From Phoronis australis (Eukaryota; Animalia; Phoronida), in assembly GCA_002633005.1 (NCBI GenBank), contig NMRA01000103.1, forward strand, positions 158,690-222,689: a stretch of 64,000 nt of DNA. Reading direction: 5' to 3'. Shown in pieces: positions 13,050 to 25,414 of the stretch. The position numbers and the translations under genes are program-made. Below the pieces are notes generated by a model. It was not told where the DNA came from, searched no databases, and was given only the letters and a program-made list of their open reading frames with translations. Position 1 is the stretch's first letter, and every line of letters starts with the position of its first letter.

Positions 13050-13821
13050 ATTAGGGTGAGAAAGTAATGAACAGCGTGCAGACCAGGAATATGATGTAGG
13101 GAGATGGGCTGAAGCGAAAACAATCACTATTTTTTCCAACAGTCTTTCGTTTAATTGCCCAAATCTGCAACTGGCCGTCTTTACACTGCTCGTGTCAGGA
13201 TATATCATCTGACTATAGCTGCGTGAAGATTAATCCAAAATACTTGACCACATGCTAAGAATCTTCCGATGGCAGCCAAGTTTTCTTACTGTCAACGTCA
13301 AATTTGAGAAAGCCAATCGTGGTGAAAGGAGGCACGCTACAATTACTGCAGGGCTTTGATTGCCGACACAACGTCCTCATCGAGAGTCTGAAAAAAATGT
13401 TTTCGATTTTTGGCGTTCCCAAGACAAATGCATTACTCATGATAACTGAAATTTAATTCTGCCACAGATTTTTTTAATCGCCTAATTCACATCGGCACAC
13501 AAAAAATGGGACCAAAAAACGCCATAGTGGACAGTTTTCTCCGCAAAGTTACTACTTCCCTGCAAGTGTTAGAAAAAAAATCTGACAACAGATTCAGAAT
13601 GCTCGTTCCTTCTAAATTCTAAAAACGTGATCATAGTACCCCCATTACCACCTACTTTTTCGGCAATTTCGATCTGTCTGACAGCCTTCCGTTTTCTCAG
13701 TCAGCAGGCGACAGGGCTTGAAAGCAAACGACAGCCACGATTTTACCTGAAAAGCGGATCTTTCAATTGATAAATTGTAGACGTTACTGCAGAATTTTAA
13801 AACTGTATGTAAGGCATTTTT

Positions 13822-13977
13822 CAGTGGCGAATTTAGAGGGGGGCCAAGGGGGCCATGGTCCCCTAAAATTCTCCCAGATTCCATTTGGCAGTACGGGGGT
13901 GCGAATATCTGACGGGCAAAATCCTGACTAAAACTCTGCCCTGGCCCCCCTAACTCAAAATCCTGGATCCGACCCTG
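13822..13977. mobile_element. CAG-terminated MITE with 5-bp TSD (hAT-like)
   Basis: CAGTGGCGAATTTAG...CTGGATCCGACCCTG termini, TTTTT on both sides; homologous copy near 62641-62811. Confidence 0.75.
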
Positions 13978-15786
13978 TTTTTCACATGTAGTCCATTTGC
14001 TGAGCGCGTACTTAAGCGAAGTCTGAAAACGCGTGGTAGTACTTATAGTGGCATCGGCGCTTATTAGGGCGAATAGCGGCAGAATTATATGTACATACAA
14101 CAGTGTAGTTTATACGCACACAAATCACACGTCGTACAAACAATCGGCCATTTACGTTAATCAATCCCAATAGCCTTTGCGCACCCTAATTTCCGGACAT
14201 GCGCAATCGTTAAATCGATTCGGTTGCAGCTCCGCTATATTGGCTAGCACGTTGTCATACCAGACAAAAGTATGTGCTCTGCAGTTAACAGAGGAGCTAG
14301 ACACCCTTACAACCGCTCTATTTCTAGTAAAGTTACTGAACGGGAGAACGCCCTAATGAACTTTAAAACCCTGTAATTTATTTATATGTCCCCATAGCTG
14401 TGAGTTCTTACAGAAGCTCACATTAAATTTAGACTATTAAAAGCAACTGGGTTATATTTATAACAAAGTTACCCGGGGTGATTTTCCATACTAAAAAGTT
14501 GTATTGGGGCGGCGTCAGGTTGTCAGCTGCAGTAACACGTGTGCCCGGTCTATAGTATTAGGTGTTTATGATTAGACGTCTGCCATGTCTGTTCTCATTT
14601 CAATTCATATAAATAGACGAAAATACTTTGCTGCATGAGTTAGAAGACCATTTTTACAACGTGTTTTTTAAATTACCAGTCAAAAATATGCGTGATGTGA
14701 AGACGTAGTGTTTGCAATTCGCCAGTGAACTGCTTTTATGTAATTACGTTCGTATTTACATAAAGCAGTGGTCATCAAGATCACCCCATCCACGTCCTCA
14801 ACTGAAACCTGCAGATGGACGTGAAGGACCTCGGGAACTGAAGCAATTAAATTTGTCTTCTGCTTTGTGTATTTTGTGTATTACGACGTTTTCCCGTTCA
14901 TCCCAACTTGTTCGATTCTATAGCCTAGCAACAAGTTGAGAAACACGACTGATTAAGTCCATTCTAAAATTTATGACTGGAGGGCCAGCTCTCTTTTTGT
15001 TCGATAATTGCTCTCTAATTTCCAATAAGATCCTATCTAGCCTGACTAGCATGTGTTGTTAAAAATAAATGTTAATTTATGACACATTTGAACATAAACT
15101 AATAGCATTTTTAAATTCCTCGTCAAATGCTGATCATGCTTAGTTTGTAAATCACCAAAATTGCAACAGACACTTCACTCTGTCCTAACGTTGCAACGCA
15201 CTGGGTTTGACTGTGTTCACATGGGGTTGTTAATAAGCCTAGTAGTTAATTGGCCTGCCTGTTTTCATACCAGACAAAAGACTGTGCTTAGCAGTTAACA
15301 AAAGAGTTAGATGTTACCACAGGCTCACAACCCTCTACGTTTTGTAAATTCACTGAACGGGAGAACGCCGTCATGTCCCCAAGTTCAATTGACTTGCTAA
15401 CTGTTAAAGCATTTGATTTAGTTGACTCATTGTTATCAAACTGGCCTTTTTTGTCCCTTTATGAGCTTATTGTTATCTCCGGGCTCGGAAAGAACTGAGT
15501 TCCGTTATTTTATCATCCCATAACACGTCAGGTCAAACCGTGACCTGAATAAACAAAACCGTCAGTTCATGAAATTTCAGGTTAAACTTTTACTTCGTTT
15601 CATGCCCACCAATGCATTTTAATGTCGTTACGGTTCAATTTAAGACCAATTTTATAACCGTAAGTGATCGAAATGAAAATTTAGTTGTGGTCTGACAGAA
15701 TTAACGGTTTTCATAGCATTTACTAAAGCTCAGTGAAGTAAAGTACTGGACACGATAGTTTGACTGCAGGAGGCAAATGTGAACTA

Positions 15787-16080
15787 TATCTTGAGTAATC
15801 ATCTCAGTTCGTGTTATGTCATATTAATGCTATTATTATTATTCCTATTATTATTGTTATTGTTAATGTTATTATCATTACTATTACTATTATTATTATA
15901 ACAATAACAATTATCTTGAGTAATCATCTCAGTCCGTGTTATGTCATATTAATACTATTATTACTATTCCTATTATTATTGTTATTGTTAATGTTATTAT
16001 TATTATTATTACTATTATTATTGTTATTGTTATAATAATAATAATAATAGTAATAGTAATAGTAATAATTATTATTATTC
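15787..16080. repeat. (TAT/AAT)n microsatellite with a 126-bp-period tandem duplication
   Basis: TATCTTGAGTAATCATCTCAGT occurs at 15787 and 15913, each followed by TAT repeats. Confidence 0.9.
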
Positions 16081-16093
16081 ATTCATGCAACAG

Positions 16094-16246
16094 AACAGCC
16101 ATGTGTGAATAAGTACTTCCCTTGGATCGATGGGGAGAAAGTCACCTGTGCCCAATTGGCGCTGCAAAACTGGTGCTGGAAATCTTGGATGAAAAATCTT
16201 TGCTGTTATTCGTGCAGAGATCCTCAACCACCTGGGCCATCCACGG
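16094..16246 (+). CDS. Gene A internal exon, PLAC-like 6-Cys domain 1: QPCVNKYFPWIDGEKVTCAQLALQNWCWKSWMKNLCCYSCRDPQPPGPST
   Basis: cag acceptor, G|gtgagt donor, 153 nt phase 1-1; pattern C-x14-C-x8-C-x8-CC-x2-C; paralogous to 46676-46807. Confidence 0.85.
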
Positions 16247-17544
16247 GTGAGTTGAGGTTGACGGGGAGTCGAACCATCCCCTGTAAACTTGGTAGGAATT
16301 GAACAAAACAGTTATCTGTGAGTTAATGTCCCATTTTCTTGCTGGCTCAAGAAACCGTTTCACAGTTTTGTGCTTAACCCATGAGCAAAACGCCGGAGGG
16401 TTCGTGCATGTACAAATCATAACCCACCGTATATGTAGAACTTCAGGCATGGGACGTCAACTCCCGACCCAGAATCGCCTTCTTCAAGATGTTGACCCTC
16501 TGTTGCATTTGTGCATAGCTGAGTAGCGACTGAAAAATCGGCTGCATTTTCAGGTAGCCTCAAAGAAGCCATACTTGCAAAAAATAATTGATTGACAATA
16601 CTTTTGGGAATCATTTTTAGAATCTGTCGTAAGTTTGCTTTCGGAATCTAATGTTGGCTTATGTCGCGCGTTGACAGGGAAGTGGTAATTTTGGGGTGAA
16701 ACATATCGGTTTTGTATTTTTACCCCTTTGTTAGCATGCTTTGCTTTTCAGGATGAGTGAAAGGGTAAAAACTGCAAGTAAAGATTTTCTGCTCATCTGT
16801 AGGAATTGTGAGGTGAAATGACTCAAAACTTTTCATTCGTTGCATACAGTTTTCGGCAGAGTGAAGATAGGGTGACGAGTACATGTATGTTGACATGTGT
16901 TCTGATATTCAAACCCCAGTGAGAAGTGTTCTCTGGCCCCTACTAGTGGTAAAGTTTCTTAATCCGACATTTCACGGGATTTGGTGCAAGACTTTGCTTT
17001 GTAACTTTTTATTGACCGCTCGACTGACTTTTGATCGAGAATTGAATTTATCAAATCAAGCCTAAGTGGTTTGCTTCATTTTCGACGTGTCATTTGTGTA
17101 CATAGTGGAATCATAAAGCACGATTACTGAGGTACGGTTCTAGAGAAATATCAATTCCTCGGGGAAATTCTTAAACTTACATTACGGCCACTCTTTTCAT
17201 GCTGGATGCCGGAGATAGTGTGCCTTTTAATGTCTTTTCAGCTCCAATCTTAGTGCCACTTTCGACAACTTATAAAACTATACACTGTATATTAGGAGTC
17301 TTTCACCAACGATTTTTTTGTGTAAAGATAGTGTTACATTATTTTACAGAAAGAACTAAGCTTTGGTTTTGAATGCAATTATAAATGTATTATTTATATT
17401 ATAATTCATTAGTGCAATATTTACCACCTGTCCACATACATGTACATGTATAATGTAAATTCGATTTGTGAGCAGTAGATTTATACATGCATAATGCTTA
17501 CCTACACCCATTTGTGCATTATTTACCCCTATTCCATATGTATG

Positions 17545-17591
<47 letters not shown>

Positions 17592-17672
17592 ATATATGTG
17601 TATATATATATATATATAGATATGTATATATGTGTATATATGATATATGTATATATATATATATATATATAC
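17545..17672. repeat. (TA)n microsatellite
   Basis: Direct observation. Confidence 0.97.
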
Positions 17673-17899
17673 ACAAAGAAAGTGTACTGAAGGTGACGTA
17701 GATAAAGTGGTGTCCCACGAGACATTCGCCATACGAAAATAGTTAAATAACAACAATATTCTGTCTTGTAGAGGCCGAGGAATCGGCGCCTAAGTTGCAG
17801 AAAATAACATAATAAACATATAATGGGGCTATTCGACAATCTTTACAATACATGAGGGCGCGTGTGTACTAGTGGTGATAGATTATGCAGCCTCGATTN

Positions 17900-17904
17900 G
17901 TGTT

Positions 17905-17935
<31 letters not shown>

Positions 17936-17962
17936 AGGTGTGTGTGTGAGTGTGTGTGTGTG
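17900..17962. repeat. (TG)n microsatellite
   Basis: Direct observation; contains one N. Confidence 0.95.
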
Positions 17963-18659
17963 TTGTTTTCATGGTGAGCCTGAATATGTTAAGTAACACC
18001 ACTCTGGGCACAGTTTTGAAGGCTGTCATGAGTGTACACTTCTGTTGTGAAGACGAGTCTTTCCCAGTGTCTTGGTTTGAGTCCAGTTGTACATTAACTT
18101 CATAAAGTCTGACGGCTATAAGTCTGATAAGTCTATCTCATAAATTACCTGCTGGCAGTCCGCCTTTACTATAACGATTTAACGATTATTCCATGTTTAC
18201 AATACTGATACCTGTTAACTGAGCTACTGGCCGATGTCGACTTCACGACAGTCGCCAGTCCATAACACTAAATCATCGTGAGATACCGTCCGGAGTTGGT
18301 ATATGGTGCAACTCAGGACGGTCTGGGGTCAACAGAAAACCACAGTTCAACAGTAAGTCTACACCAATGTAATAAACGAGAGTATTTCTACTTACTGAAT
18401 CGGCTGCAGGTATGCTTATCTCTTTTATGACACAAAATGTGTGACTGGACAAAGCGTTTTCAAAATCAATGTGAGACCCCTGGGGTCCCTGTCAAATCCT
18501 CACGACAATTCTACGTTATGCGGGTTAATCATTGTTTACTGTGATGTGTTTTACCATATTTGACGTAGCACTCGGTATCTTTTCGTACATCAAATAAGTA
18601 TTATTAATGTTTGGAATGATTTCTAACAGGTTTATCAGTGACAGTTACATCAATCAATG

Positions 18660-20370
18660 TTGAATGTTTATGCTGTGAAACTCAATATTGGTTAGCGAGG
18701 CAAGATTACAATCCAAGCCCAAAGGGTACGTGACAAACATCCGATATTAGTTTGTTACCCTACCCTATGTCGTCTGGAAATCTATTACACGTTGACATGC
18801 AAATATATCTTGTTTTTTTTCAACTGAACTTAGGTTTTTGGGTCTGAGGGTTTGTACCGTGCAGACAAAAATGCATCGTTTCTGCAACCCCCCCCCTGAA
18901 TGGGCAAAAATTGGTTTTAAGCAGTTGACTGCAGGCAGCTAACCCGAAAGATCTTCCTATCCAGTGCAGATCTGTTATCAAAGACAAATTTCTATATCGG
19001 AGACAACGAACAAAACCTTTGAAAAAGGACAGCTATTATAAAAGAAAGTTATGTAAGTTGTTTTGTTGATTTACTTATTGTGGTACTCAGCGGGAGGTTG
19101 GCATAGGAGGTTGGGGTCGTAAAATTTTGTGCAACTGAATGGGTAGAAATAACAGGTAACAGAGTCTGGGGAAAAGAACATGGCGAGGTAAGTTTCATTA
19201 AACTGAATTGCTATCCCCTGTCAACCCATAAAATATATTACATTTTCTAAATTCTAAGTGACTGAATAGTCTTAACTCATGCCTTGAAATGTTGCAAGTT
19301 GTTTATAGTATCACGACTGCCAATAAAAGAAAAATCGCATTTTTGCTTTGAACACACGAGTGATGTCATATTCGATCACATTACTCTTACTGCCAATACG
19401 CAAGCAATGGTGCCTTAGAATTTTCAATTACTATTATACATAAGATAGATTTTCCATCATTTATTAAATGACCCAAGTGTTTATACCTTACATAAGATGA
19501 AACATGAAAAAACTGAGAAATGGTTCCCATAGCCCTAGACCAGAAGAGTGCTTGACAGACCCATGAATCTGTAATAGGGTTCTAAAATTGCTGAAACAAT
19601 CCAAAATCAAAAGGCTTTATAATGGGTAACAAAGATTTGAAGTTGTCTCAAATAACTTGTATATCTTGCAGACCAGTGATGCGCTTAAAGAATTGTTATG
19701 GCTAGGAATAAGAAATAAAGACACAGTTTTATACAATACTTATTATATACACCCTTGTTTTATAGAAATAGTAATTATTTAATTTTGTGTGAACCTGCAG
19801 AGCATTTACCATATCATATTTTTGAAAAACAGGGGCAACATTTTTGACTCAACGTGAAGTACATATTGATTCATGTTTCACTATGTTCCATGTACAGTGA
19901 CAGGCCGTTTCAAGCCGCAACACAGGCAAGATTTGTTATTCCTTTCTCTTCACACAGCATGTTCACACAACAGAAGCACTGCATGGGACAATGTACAAAC
20001 CAGTGACCTTGGAGAAATGTGAATCAGCACAACTTTAGCATAAAAAAATGTGCCATTGGATTGTTTGTGTGCCAAGAGGAACTGTAACTAACTGCTACAT
20101 CAGCCAGCCTCGTTGTTGAAGATGTCCTGTTGTAGACAATGAGCTATTTGTGCACAACTATGGTCATTTCCTTTCCTGGAAGAAACATGAGCGACTGAAG
20201 CTAATAAAAGAAGACCTAGTAACACTCTGGTCTAGTTCAGGGTCAGATTTTGGGCACAAACTAAGTCAAGTGTTATGCTGTTGTATTTACCTTCAAGGAT
20301 CAAAATGTGGACGTTATTGACTGCTGAATGAGGTTACATTAAGGAAAACTCCGTGCCAAAACTGAATCTT
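18660..20370 (+). pseudogene. Remnants of the SWIM / YqaJ (lambda exonuclease family) ORF of the ISL2EU element
   Basis: Broken frames read YAVKLNIG*RGKI..PKGT.KH (near 18670-18745), TEALHGTMYKP..GLFVCQEE.LTATSASLV (near 19970-20120) and VQGQILGT..CYAVVFTFKDQNVDVI..VPKL (20234-20364). Confidence 0.65.
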
Positions 20371-21699
20371 AGAATCGTTTTTAATCAAAAGCATCTGGTA
20401 TAAATACCTGTCCTTTTTCACTTAGTGATATTAACTTTTCCTTTCAGAAGAAAGGTTTTATACTAATGGTAAAAACTTTTCAACTTTGTACGCATTGTGC
20501 CCAATGACATTCAAAGACTACATCGATTCTCATACTGTCAGTAAAATGCCCGTTAATGTTACACTTTGATAATCGAATAAGTTTTTCATCAACAGACACG
20601 ATTGTCTCAAATTATTCAGTATTTATTCAGTTTTAAAGCCCGTACAGTGCAGTTGTGCTGCCTCTTTATAAAGCTGAATTGATTAATGATTATGCTGGCC
20701 ATGCGAACTGTCATTTTCCCGTTGACCTATAGAAATGTCTGGCAAGCAAACCGAAGTATTCCCTTTGTCTGTATTTGATTTCTTTAGGTGTGTATTTTTA
20801 GAGCTTTCTTAAGAAGGCCTTTGAACAGTTTTATGTTTTATGTTAACTTGTCTACACCAAAATTTCGACATGCATGTTTTCAATCATAGCTACATGTAGC
20901 TGTATAAGAATGTGCAACGCACAAAATTCGACAATATAACAATAATCAGTGTATTTTAAAACAAGATCGAAAATTGAACAACCACTTACACTAAAAAGGA
21001 ACAACACTGTTAAAAAGAATTTTAACTTTCCCAATGCAACAGAGTCCATTATTACGGATATGAAGGGCTGACTTTGTAAATTGAGAGTTTCAATTTTCTA
21101 GTTTCAGTTGTTTTCTCTCACCTGTAACATAATAGACAGAGAAATATTAGCGAAATATAGAAGAAAAACAAGACGAAACTAATTTTGCAAGGCAAAACAT
21201 AATTGACATTTCGTCTTCATGTTTATATGTACAATATAATAATCTTTGTACCCAAGCCTTATTTAAGATCTGAATTGAATTATGTAAAAAAGGCTAAAAG
21301 TGATTAAGAATGTGGATTTTTCCTGACACCTACATGTAAAATGTGATTCTGATTTCAACAAATAACGTTCATTCTAGGTGACAACATTTATTCCAACGCA
21401 ATGTTACGAAGTTACTGACTAGCTCATTTATGTTAATTTGATTACTAATCTGGTAGTCCTGGGGGCGGGGTCAGCTATAAAATAAGGAAACTCAGTCATA
21501 TAAAGAATGTTATTGGGCAGAGCATAGTTTTGAAGAGTAACTGCTATGAAAATTTATCCTTGACTTTTGATCGATACGTCCCATACATATTTTATATAGG
21601 GAGCACTCCCACCCAGGACAAAATGTGAATATGTGCTGTTAGCCTACCATCCGGGACCCGGGTGTGGGTCTTGAAAGAAACACTTAGTTCCATTGAAAC

Positions 21700-23298
21700 A
21701 ACCCGTTAATCAAAGGGGTAACTGGTGGGAATAACATCTTTGAATTATGTCAATAGAAACTAATTCTATGGGTTGCCCAAAATTCATAAACCAGAACCCA
21801 TACCGGTTCGACCGATCGTAAGCTGCATTGGTTCGGTCACTTACAACATCGCTAAATTTATTTCGAGAATCATCTCGCCCCACGTTGGCCTGTCTCGACA
21901 CCATGTAAAGAACACTGTCATTAATTAGGCACATAGAAAATCTAGAGGTGGAAGAAGATGAGAGCATTACTTCCTATGATGTAAGTGCCCTGTTTACATG
22001 TTCCCACCCCGATGACGCCTTGACGGTTGTGAGAGAACACCTACAGCAGGATAATACTCTGAGTGACAGAACAACCCTATCGATAGACAACATTTGTCAG
22101 CTACTGGAGCTAACTCTTAAGTCCACTTACTTCTCTTTTGACGGGAACATCTACATCCAGTCCAGTCCAATGGATGTGCCATGGGCTCTCTGTTCCCGAT
22201 TGTGGTGAACTTATACATGGAGAACTTTGCATTAGCGTCCTGTGGTGGAGTTCCACCTAGACTCTGGCTGAGGTACATGTATGTAGATGACACGTTTGTA
22301 GTGCTCAAAAATTCTGAAAAGATAGGGTTCTTCGAACACATCAATCAATGTGATATCAATATCAAGCTTACTCAAAAGGAATCTAGAAACAACACTTTAC
22401 CGTTCCTGGATTGTTTAGCGACTGTTACAGACAATCGTATCAAGATCAAGGTTTATAGGACGCCCACTATCTTGCGTTTGACTCCAATCCACAAACTCGG
22501 CGTGATTAGAACGTTGGGCTATCGAGCGAGAACCATACTTAACACAGAGGAGGACATTGATATTTAAATAGAACACAACAGAACAGTGCTGTAAAGATGT
22601 GGCTACCCGAAGTGGTCATTCCACAAGGCAAATCATGACAGAGACAACACGCAGCCTGACAATAGGGGAAACATCAGGGTAACATTGCATTTTGTGCCAG
22701 GGATTGCTGACCACATCAAATCACATATGAGGGGACACGACATTGCTGTTGAATTCAAACCTGTTAACACCATAAGGAGTCAATTGTTAAATGTGAAAGA
22801 CAAAACCAGCAAAGAGAAAACATCAAATGTGGTGTATGGCATTTCAGGCTCGGAGCCAGAGTGTGGAGCAGCCCTGAAAAGTCGTTTCAACCAGCATCGG
22901 AGGTCCAGTTATGGGGACTGCTATGATTCTGCAGTTTTTAGTCACATGGCTTCCACAGACCACTCTTTCACCATGGAAGATGTGAAGATCCTGGATAGAG
23001 AAGAGAATTGGTTTCGGAGGGGGGTCAAAGAAGCTATCTACGAGAGAATGGAGAATCCTAGCCTCAAAAGGCACGGGGAGGGGGGCTGCGGATTCACTTA
23101 CCTAGGACATGGGATAGGGCGCTGAAGGGAATCCCGCGGAAACTGTACGACAGATCACATGACAAGCCACGTGACAACTCAGTGGCCTGATGAAGTCCTC
23201 GAGGACGCAACGTAGCTATCTCCACGTACCGTAAGTCCAGTAATAGATTTACTGATTCTTATACTATGACCCAACTGGATGACTGAAAACATTCATCG
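21700..23298 (+). mobile_element. 5'-truncated Penelope-like retroelement (RT + GIY-YIG endonuclease), frameshifted
   Basis: FYGLPKIHK, RPIVSCIGS, SYDVSALFT, MGS, YVDDTF and LPFLD motifs; GIY-YIG block SNVVY..RFNQH..SAVFSH..ILDREENWFRRGVKEAIY; pLTR-type 3' end. Confidence 0.95.
23181..23225 (+). ncRNA. Degenerate minimal hammerhead ribozyme in the Penelope 3' repeat
   Basis: CTGATGA-A-GTCCT(CG)AGGAC-GCAAC: the CUGANGA core and stem II are present, but GAAA is mutated to GCAA. Confidence 0.65.
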
Positions 23299-23345
23299 TA
23301 TTAAATGCTAAAAACTTACAAAGTAACATGAATATGTATAGTCTC

Positions 23346-23520
23346 TCAATGGAAATGCATAGAGCACACACGGGGCGTGAGGCTTCGGCATCCACACATT
23401 GTTTGTCTCTTGGTTGACCCTTTTGACCGCAATTCTCCAAGCCTGTAATAACCTTTGGTCTTTTGGGAATTTAAGACCACCTGTCGAAGATTTGCACACG
23501 GGAAAGTAGCAATAATAAGG
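23346..23520 (-). pseudogene. THAP zinc-finger remnant (N-terminus of the ISL2EU transposase), truncated next to the Penelope insertion
   Basis: CYFPVC..KFPKD....AWRIAVKR..W.P then frameshift to RVCSMHF. Confidence 0.8.
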
Positions 23521-24251
23521 CTTAGCGCGATGACGTATTTTGATAACAAATCCATCTTTTACCAGCTGATTACATGCTGTTAACGACGCATGCGCCATTC
23601 AATCACCACTAGTACAGCAGCGACACCGCGAGGAGAATTCGTCGAATAGCCCCATTTACAGTTTTGTACCAGATGTTATATTTGAAACAGGATTACATGT
23701 TGAATATTATTTATACTGCTGCAATTTTATCACTGTAGACTATTTTGGGTTGGTTTGATAATCGAACCTGCTATCGACGCCGGCTAGACATTGACCTACT
23801 TTTTGAACTTTCCATGTCAGCGGGCAAATTTAATTGTCCCTATACACTTCGTTGATGCATAGAACAAAACATAGGTATCTAAGAGAATGTCTATGGATCA
23901 AACTTTGGCTGTTGTAGACGACTACAAGAGGCAATGCTCTGCTTTGGGATATATCTAAATCCTGACTGGGTAGTCCATGTCATGACCAGCTTCTGATATT
24001 CGACTTCGAACCTGACAGTTCTAGGTCGAGTCTCGGATCCACAACACACTACGCATGAAAGTCATACATGTAAATGACGGCCGGGTCGCGCTGTTTTGGT
24101 TGACTTGCGATAGATTACTGCGTGCGAAACGCAAAGAGATTCTCTGTGCGTTTCCAACGCGCTATTCCGTCGCAAGAAAACTTAAACAACGCGCGCTGTC
24201 GTGTAAGAGGTACTATTGATATAGGGCCAACACAACGAAAGCGATTTTTTT

Positions 24252-24273
24252 NNNNNNNNNNNNNNNNNNNNNN
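24252..24273. other. Assembly gap (N run)
   Basis: 22 N bases. Confidence 0.99.
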
Positions 24274-25259
24274 NCCCCCCCCCGCCCCCTACCACACCGC
24301 CACTGGTCTTAAGGTCAGATGTCTTCACTCAGTCCGCAAAAACTGTTTGTTTAGTTCGTTATGTAAATTTAGTTCCTGTGAGTTATACGATATGGATTTT
24401 GGTCTGGCAGTGCTCCACATTTAATTACCATTCCACGAGAGTATCAAAAGGTCGAATCTATGGTAAATGACACAGGTGAATTTTTAAATAAGACTATCAT
24501 GAAGTTGTTGGCCCAAAGCAAGGCTCATCTTTCGGTTTAAAGAGGTTAAGTGAGTAAAGTGAATGGTTTGAAAAACGAGAAAGAAATAGGATGTTCGTGT
24601 AGACAATGAACATTTCTATCAGAAGGCAGTCTTTACATTTTCTATTGTTATAGAACGATATGTTAATGTCGGTAACAATCATTGGTGATCTTGTTTTCTG
24701 TCACTTGTGCCAAAGGTACTGACATTTAGCAGCAAAGAGCATTTATACCTAAAGGTGGGTATACGAATTTCTCGAAAATCATGAAGATGTTATGGGTTTT
24801 TTGTCACTCACCAAACGTTGGAGCGACTATGATGTGAGCTGCAATTAAAGGTACTTCACAAAAATTTGAACAATCGCCGAAAAATGCAAATGATGTTAGT
24901 AATATGTTGAGTAAAAATCGGGAATCTGACAGTCTATTTGGGCGGCAGCAATCAACTTTTGCTACACATTCGGGATTGTTGTCAAAAACTAGTTTGTATG
25001 CAACGGGAACTTGTCAAGGAATTTGTGTATTATATGTTATGTATGAACTTGTCAACAAATATCTACAAAACTATAGAATTTAACTCAATAAAAGTATATA
25101 ATTATGTTCTTAAGGTAGAAAGCCAGTAGAATTTTATTTGTGACTTTATGCAATCCTGCTATTATGTGGGTCGCGTGCTTATTTCTTTTAGTCAGATTTA
25201 CCATAAAAAATAAGATAAATACACGGCCACATATGTTTTTCTTTAATTTCACCTTTTAG

Positions 25260-25414
25260 ATTGCAAAGACAACCCAACTCAAGAGTTTATAACGATAGAT
25301 GGAGACTGGAAAAAGTGCCATGGTTACTTACTGGCGGAATACCCAACCATCTGCAACTACGAACTAGTCCGCAAGAAATGCTGTGCTTCGTGTCGAGCAA
25401 ACGGATACTTTTAA
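25260..25414 (+). CDS. Gene A terminal exon, PLAC-like domain 2: (D)CKDNPTQEFITIDGDWKKCHGYLLAEYPTICNYELVRKKCCASCRANGYF*
   Basis: Strong polypyrimidine tract + tag acceptor, phase 1; C-x17-C-x11-C-x8-CC-x2-C; AATAAA at 25747; clear paralogue of 41228-41400. Confidence 0.88.

Larger units (their letters stand above)
17825..23653. mobile_element. Degenerate ISL2EU (PIF/Harbinger-related) DNA transposon in the intron of gene A
   Basis: Perfect 13-bp TIR GGGGCTATTCGAC with AT on both sides; THAP remnant on minus near the right end; SWIM-like and YqaJ-like remnants on plus. Confidence 0.8.

Noticed and set aside
13645-14100. 151-aa ORF with a signal-like N-terminus
   Set aside because: Runs through a MITE; no domain or splice support.
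15811-17839. Poly-Ile/Leu and YI-repeat ORFs
   Set aside because: Translations of microsatellites.
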